A stretch of 63,701 bases of DNA, the filler included, from Salisapilia sapeloensis CBS 127946 (lineage: Eukaryota; Protista; Oomycota), in assembly GCA_023334545.1 (NCBI GenBank). It is 5 parts of 5 records of this genome, joined end to end, with 100 filler letters (N's around TTAATTAATTAA, not from the genome) between each part and the next. Parts side by side here need not be neighbours in the genome. Positions count along the whole stretch, not along the records: positions 57,345 to 60,936 come from JAADVB010000737.1; positions 61,037 to 62,457 come from JAADVB010001158.1; positions 62,558 to 63,701 come from JAADVB010001288.1; 2 more parts are not named here. One strand, 5' to 3'. The notes under the pieces were generated by a model. That model was given only the letters and a program-made list of their open reading frames with translations. It made no database searches and was not told where the DNA came from. Below, in pieces: positions 57,391 to 63,701 of the stretch (the stretch's first letter is position 1; each line of letters begins with the position of its first letter). A program made the position numbers and the translations under genes.

Positions 57391-59482
57391 TTAGTTGTAC
57401 TTGTCGATGGCTTGGAGGAGCTCCCGACTCTCGGCCGCAAAGTCCAGCGGCTCGAGCGTCGTGACGCTGCACTTGACCCGCAGCTCGTCCATGACGTTCT
57501 CCGCCTTGACGCGCAGCTTGAGCAGGTAGGGCCGGAAGAGCGCCTCCTTGAACGCAGCGTCGAAGAGCGCCGGACTCTGCTCCCTTAGCTCCATCATCTC
57601 GTCCGCCGACTTGCCGCCCAGCACCACCTTGCCCTGCTCGTTGAAGCACGTCGTCCACGTCGTGCCCGTGTGGTCCTCGAACGCAGTCGACATCACGTAT
57701 CGGTTCTCGCACCTGTCGTACGACGTCTGGCACTTCTCGCACACAAAGTTCTGCGCATAGTCCTGCGTCATCTTCTTCTGGCACTTGGGACACGCCTGGT
57801 ACGACACGTTGTTGTCGTGCTTGATGAACTTGACGCTCGCCTTCACCGTCACGTAGTCCGGCTTCTGGCCGTACCCGAGCTGCTTGCCCTTCACGTCCGC
57901 CAGCACGGCGCGCTCATTGAAGGATCCGAGTCCTCCGCCGCCGCCGAACGCCCCGCCGCCGCCACTCAGCGCCTTCACGTGCACGCTGCTGCCGCCGTTG
58001 TTGAACCAGTTCAGCAACTGCCCCGCCTCCGGGATCGGAGGGTTGATCGTGCAGCTCGACCCGGGCAGCGTCCCGAGCGATCGGCCGTTGAAGTCGCTCA
58101 CGCGGCAGCCCTTGAGCGCAATCACGTTCTGCGCCCAGCTAGAGCAGTCCTCCTGCGCCCGCTCGTTCCACAGCGTGCACTTGATCTCGGCGTTCGAGTC
58201 GTCCACGAGCGTCAGGTCCCGCTTGAACAGCTGCTTCCCGGCCTTGGATGTGATCTCGTTCACCGGCCCGACGTCCTTCACCACCGCGATCACGTCGATC
58301 GTGCTGTCCGGCGCCTGCCGCTCCAGTTCCTCGATCTTCTTGAAGTGGTACTTGACCTGCTCGATCGACGCGTCCTCGTTCGCAGGAGACACCTCGGCGC
58401 TCGCGTCGAACGTGATCTCGTAGTCGTTGTTCACGCTCGAGAAGCGCCGGTTCGCCAGCTTGATGCGCCCGCCCGACATGAAGAACACGTTGCCTGGGCG
58501 CAGCAGCTCATAGAACTTGTCCACGGCGTCCTGGAAGAAGGCCGCGCGGATCTCGCCGCCCTTGGCGTCCAGCAGGTCCACGCTGAAGAGCTTGCCCTGT
58601 CCCCGCGCGTTGTTCCAGTGCTTGATCGGCGCTCTCGACGTCACGCGGGCCTTGATCGTCCACCGGCCGCCGGCGTACGGGTTCAGGCTCGCAATGTCCG
58701 TCACGCGGACGTTCGGGTCCGTCTTCACCACCGGCGCGCTCTTGTTGGAGTAAGAGGACGTCGGTGGCGCGTTATAGTTCTGCACTGGCTTCTGAGGCTG
58801 CTGCGGCGGTGGAGGAGGCTGGTAGGAAGACGCGGCCGGTGCGGCAGGAGGAGCCGACCTGCCGCCCTCGATGCTCTGTGGGTCTCCAATGCGTTCGCTC
58901 ATGGGCACAATTTCCCCGACGTTGAGCACGATGATGATTCTGATAGATGTGGATGAGTTTCGAGTGCAATGAATCCTCGAGACAAAGGACGTACCGACGG
59001 CCCTGGACGTCGTTCCCAATGTAGTCCTTGAGCTGGACGGCGCAGTTGGGCTGCAGCTGCTCCGTTTCCATGAGCTGTTCACAAGGTAGGATGAGTAAGA
59101 GTCTAGCGTCTCTGGCCGTGGCGCAGACAGACGAAGGACATGTCCTCGACCAGCAAAAGTAGCAAAGGACGTACGTGAGCCAACTGTGTCGCGAGCATGC
59201 CGGTGATGTAGTGGGATCCGTCGGAGAGCACCGTCCTAGTGTGGCAATTAGACCTAGATGACAGCATGCGGATATGTACTCGACATACCGATATCGGTCG
59301 GCGCCACTGCCGCTCGCAGGCTTGATGCGCTTCGTGTCGATGACCTAGTCGTGGGCATGCCTCGTGAGCACAACATAGAAAACGGAGTCGGAGGTACAAT
59401 GCACCTGCAGCCAAGGCTCGAAGCCGTCCGGAGCGTCTCGATTGAAGAGCATGGAGACGGCGTTGGGCGTGAGATTGACCAT
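57391..59482 (-). CDS. RPA1: Replication protein A 70-kDa subunit, 5 exons
   Basis: Reconstructed N-terminal domain MVNLTPNAV..LQ^VIDTKRI..DRYR^TVLSDG..MLATQL^..GRR^IIIV; DBD-A WTIKARVT..KLFSVDLLD; DBD-B IDVIAVV, TLWNE, SDFNGRSL; zinc finger CPKCQKK..CEKC. Confidence 0.95.
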
Positions 59483-59503
59483 CCTTCTGTCTAGATGTTT
59501 GTA

Positions 59504-59529
59504 TGTCTTTTGTGTCTTTTGTGTCTTTT
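59504..59529 (+). repeat. Short tandem repeat (TGTCTTTTG) x ~3, just upstream of the RPA1 ATG
   Basis: TGTCTTTTG TGTCTTTTG TGTCTTTT read directly from the sequence. Confidence 0.8.
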
Positions 59530-59929
59530 ACTGTTCGTTTGGCTCCTTTGCTGCTGTTTTGATGGCGTTTTGGCGCCAAATTCGTTCATAAGACAGACGG
59601 CGTTTGTGACGCTGTATTAGTGGGACGGGAGGAGGCGGGAAAGCTTTCGGTTTGAATCGGTCGAAGCCAAGGAAGGAATGTACCGACACAAACTGTAATA
59701 GAGAAGAGCTTGGGGTAGTGCAGGATGACAGACGCTTCAAAGACATGGAGACTTGAAGGATTACGACAGCAACGAGACCGCCCAAGCATATACCAACAAC
59801 AACAGAAACTCAATATAGAAAGCGGAAAGCAAGAGCAAGCAAAGCGAAATGCATGGATAAAATAAAGGTGGATGACACACCAAAATCGTGTTTCTTACGA
59901 TGCAGACAACAACGAAATGCAGAAACAAA

Positions 59930-60936
<1,007 letters not shown>

Positions 60937-61036
60937 NNNNNNNNNNNNNNNNNNNNNNNNNNNNNNNNNNNNNNNNNNNNTTAATTAATTAANNNNNNNN
61001 NNNNNNNNNNNNNNNNNNNNNNNNNNNNNNNNNNNN
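60937..61036. other. Artificial contig linker
   Basis: 44 N + TTAATTAATTAA + 44 N. Confidence 0.98.
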
Positions 61037-62457
61037 GCTACAGCACGAGAGACGAAATCCAAATCTTTTAAGAGACTTCTCCCACACATGACTCTCCCCA
61101 CATATCGTGCAGTGGAGCAGAATCGACTACTCTTCTCCAAACCGCTTCCTTTTTTACTAGGCTCATTGCCAACCGGGAGATAAAGAGCATCGCTGTGGGA
61201 TGCCAGTGCAATCTCATCGATATATGCGTGCGATTACCTCCTTGCTGGTATCTACAGGCTATCGCGTTCAGAAAGACAGAAGGCTATCGACGGCCGACGG
61301 GAGCAGTTCATGGCTTGTCCGAAAAATGTAGGCGTCATGTGGAGCATAGAGACGCTGGAGGATCACAGCGGTGTTGCACAACCATTGCTTCCCAGGGGAC
61401 GACCTCATATCCCTCGCGCAAGCCAAACGCCGAGCGAGGGACTGGCCACGCGGTACGTCGATATCGTGGAAGCAAATTACGATGCTCCTGTACGAAGAGC
61501 AGGCGTCGCAGGCGGCAAAGTCGCACAGATACGCCCAGCGCATGAACGTCAAAGGTGCCTCGTGGCACTAGAAGAGCAGTGTTTTTCGCTACAGCAACCT
61601 AAGCAGCTCCCGGACCAACGCTCTATCCTACAGATGATTCCAACCGAAGCCAGCCGCAAAGCTCCCATGGCATCCGCACGCCAGTCTATGTGGCACACTC
61701 TCGGCCAAGTGCGACGGGCACCGGACTAACCTTATCGAAGCTGATCTCTTTTGGCTTGATGATGCAAGACACTGGGTACTCCAGGACGTGGCACTGCTGA
61801 AGCATGGACTCGTAGGTCGAAGCGGTGTCCTGAAATACATCTTACTTGCCAGTCACGCGTGCTCTGTTTCGTACATTTCTAGATTTTACATAGGCAAATG
61901 GCTAGATTGCACCTCGAGGTTGCTACTGGCCGAGTCGCAACTGGTACCTGCGAGCGTATCTAAAACGGAGAACGGAATGCGAAGGTATGATAAGTTGCCG
62001 CCTCTAGCTCGACCGGATGAACTAGACTCGACGCATGTATAGTTAGATATCTAGGAAGATAGCTACACGCTCTCATCTCGTTGATACAGTTGTCCTTGTC
62101 AGGAGCTCTTGACAGCGAGAGTTCATGTAAAGATCTATCGCTAAGTGGCAAACGCGCCGGCATCGGCCTTCGGAACACTGTAGACACCACATTTAAAAAA
62201 CTATCGCCATCCGTCACAGCCCGGCCGAAGGAAAAAGGGCTGGCACCATAACTTCAATGTCGCCTGTTCAATGTTACAGAGCTCAAGAGTTTCCGTATCA
62301 GTAGCAGCACTGCCACTGAACTCAGGTATTGGTTGATCCTTCATACTGGTTCCGTAAAACAATAAAGTATAAAACCCTTCTGGGTCAAAGGATATCTCAT
62401 GTCCATTTCATGGTACGCAGCTGACTGTCGAGATAATAGAGTTTCGTCTCCACCGCC

Positions 62458-62557
62458 NNNNNNNNNNNNNNNNNNNNNNNNNNNNNNNNNNNNNNNNNNN
62501 NTTAATTAATTAANNNNNNNNNNNNNNNNNNNNNNNNNNNNNNNNNNNNNNNNNNNN
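62458..62557. other. Artificial contig linker
   Basis: 44 N + TTAATTAATTAA + 44 N. Confidence 0.98.
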
Positions 62558-63701
62558 AGTCTATGCTCCTTGTTCTTGATCATTATGAAGGAGAAATGTA
62601 TCTGATTATAAGTCAATGACTGCAAAAGATGGAACTTCCCACTTTTAGGTGTACACTTGTCCGTCCAATAAAAGTGCCAAAATAGGGGCACATTTTAGGG
62701 TTTAGGAGAGTCGACCGTTTTGCGTTGCACCATCAGCATTTTGTAAGAGTTGGCGACAAGGTCGAGGAGGTCGATCGGGAGTTTACAGTTGAAGAATCTT
62801 TTTTGTACGATGCGTGTGTTTTGTGCTAGAGACGAAATTGTATATATCGAAATTGAACCAACAACTTTTTTTAGAAGTGGTACCATACGATGCGCAATGG
62901 TCGACTTGGTGGGGTCAAACGTGTTCGTAATGCGTGAAAAGTTGTGTGTGGCGCGCTATATGAGCTTTTGTATAGTATACAAAGACCAAGTATAAATGTC
63001 AAGAGTCCTATTTTTTGAATTTGTGGATATGTTTCACTGGGCCACTGACGGCAAGTGTATATGTCTGGCAGAGGCTTGTAGGCACGTATGGTGCAGCCAT
63101 GGGTTGTGGAAAGACTATAGGTAGACTATTTGTTAAGTGATCTGACCCGATAGTGTAACGGGACACGGTTCTTCTCTATCTCCAGAGGAAGGAAAGATAG
63201 ATATCCAAACGAATCCTAAAAGGTATCCGAAGCTGGGCGGCAAGGAGCAAGGCACTTGAGTAGTAGAAAGCAAATTGCAACTGAATTGGAAACGGTAGTA
63301 GAATCTACTCTTTCCCTGGTCTCGATTGGCATCCTCCTACAAATTGCTAAAGCTTCCTTGCAAGCAAAGTGGAAGCTAAAGTAATAAAGCGGTAACTCTA
63401 TTAGAGGCGAGGGCAGTTGAGGGGTGGATCTGGGGTGCATGAGTTGTTGATAGCGAATTCGATGATGATCTAGTCGAGTCTGTTCTTAGGTAGATCATCG
63501 ATAGACGACATAGATCCTGATAGATGTCCACGAAGGACTGCAAGGATACAGAGATATCCATGAAAGACGACGTAGATACAGACAGTGATCTAGTACCTTG
63601 CAGACGAAGAGTATAAGGGTCAAACAGAAAGGAAATAGAGAATTCTACATGCATACGAGATACGAGTAGAATACAAGAAAAGGTAGGATAACGAAAGATA
63701 C

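Noticed and set aside
57670-58956. 428-aa plus-strand ORF
   Set aside because: Antisense shadow of GC3-rich RPA1. Such codon bias suppresses stops on the opposite strand.
59780-59929. Histone 3' stem-loop after H4
   Set aside because: No metazoan-type 16-nt stem-loop seen, only a pyrimidine-rich 3' region.
63200-63701. Frames broken mainly by TAA/TAG, suggesting a ciliate-like genetic code
   Set aside because: The read-through translation resembles no protein, and all real genes here use TAA/TAG as stops. Decayed or non-coding DNA is the simpler reading.

Overview
Eukaryotic, gene-dense DNA, most likely from an oomycete (stramenopile). Evidence: the H3 sequence FQGSAVLAL...GERS, cell5A-type GH5 glucanases, INR/FPR-like core promoter motifs, and short GT-AG introns of about 50-90 nt, many starting GTACGT. 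The window is not contiguous. It is five contigs (1-25483, 25584-57244, 57345-60936, 61037-62457, 62558-63701) joined by artificial 100-nt linkers (44 N + TTAATTAATTAA + 44 N). I reconstructed about 28 protein-coding genes by eye, many spliced, so the ORF track splits or over-extends them. Contig 1: two membrane-anchored GH5 glucanases flanking an asparaginase, TM9SF, an amino acid transporter, a Rab-like GTPase-SH2 fusion, CYB5D1, SCAR/WAVE, LSM14, a Qc-SNARE, an alpha/beta hydrolase, a RING protein and a BRCT-BRCT-SWIM-ATP-dependent DNA ligase. Contig 2: two serine palmitoyltransferase LCB2 paralogs, a TRAX-like nuclease, coronin, NDOR1, ORC1 head-to-head with RAD1, a ~2,700-aa IQ/WW/B-box protein, PH-INPP4, TPR-MYND, a methyltransferase and TBCD. 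Contig 3: RPA1 and an H4/H3 pair. Contigs 4 and 5 have no convincing intact gene. The most notable points are the 335-bp inverted repeats at both ends of contig 1, the Rab-like/SH2 fusion with a degenerate G3 box, and the intronless bacterial/viral-type ligase chimera. No tRNA, rRNA or CRISPR array was seen. All family calls are motif recognition from memory; no database search was run.
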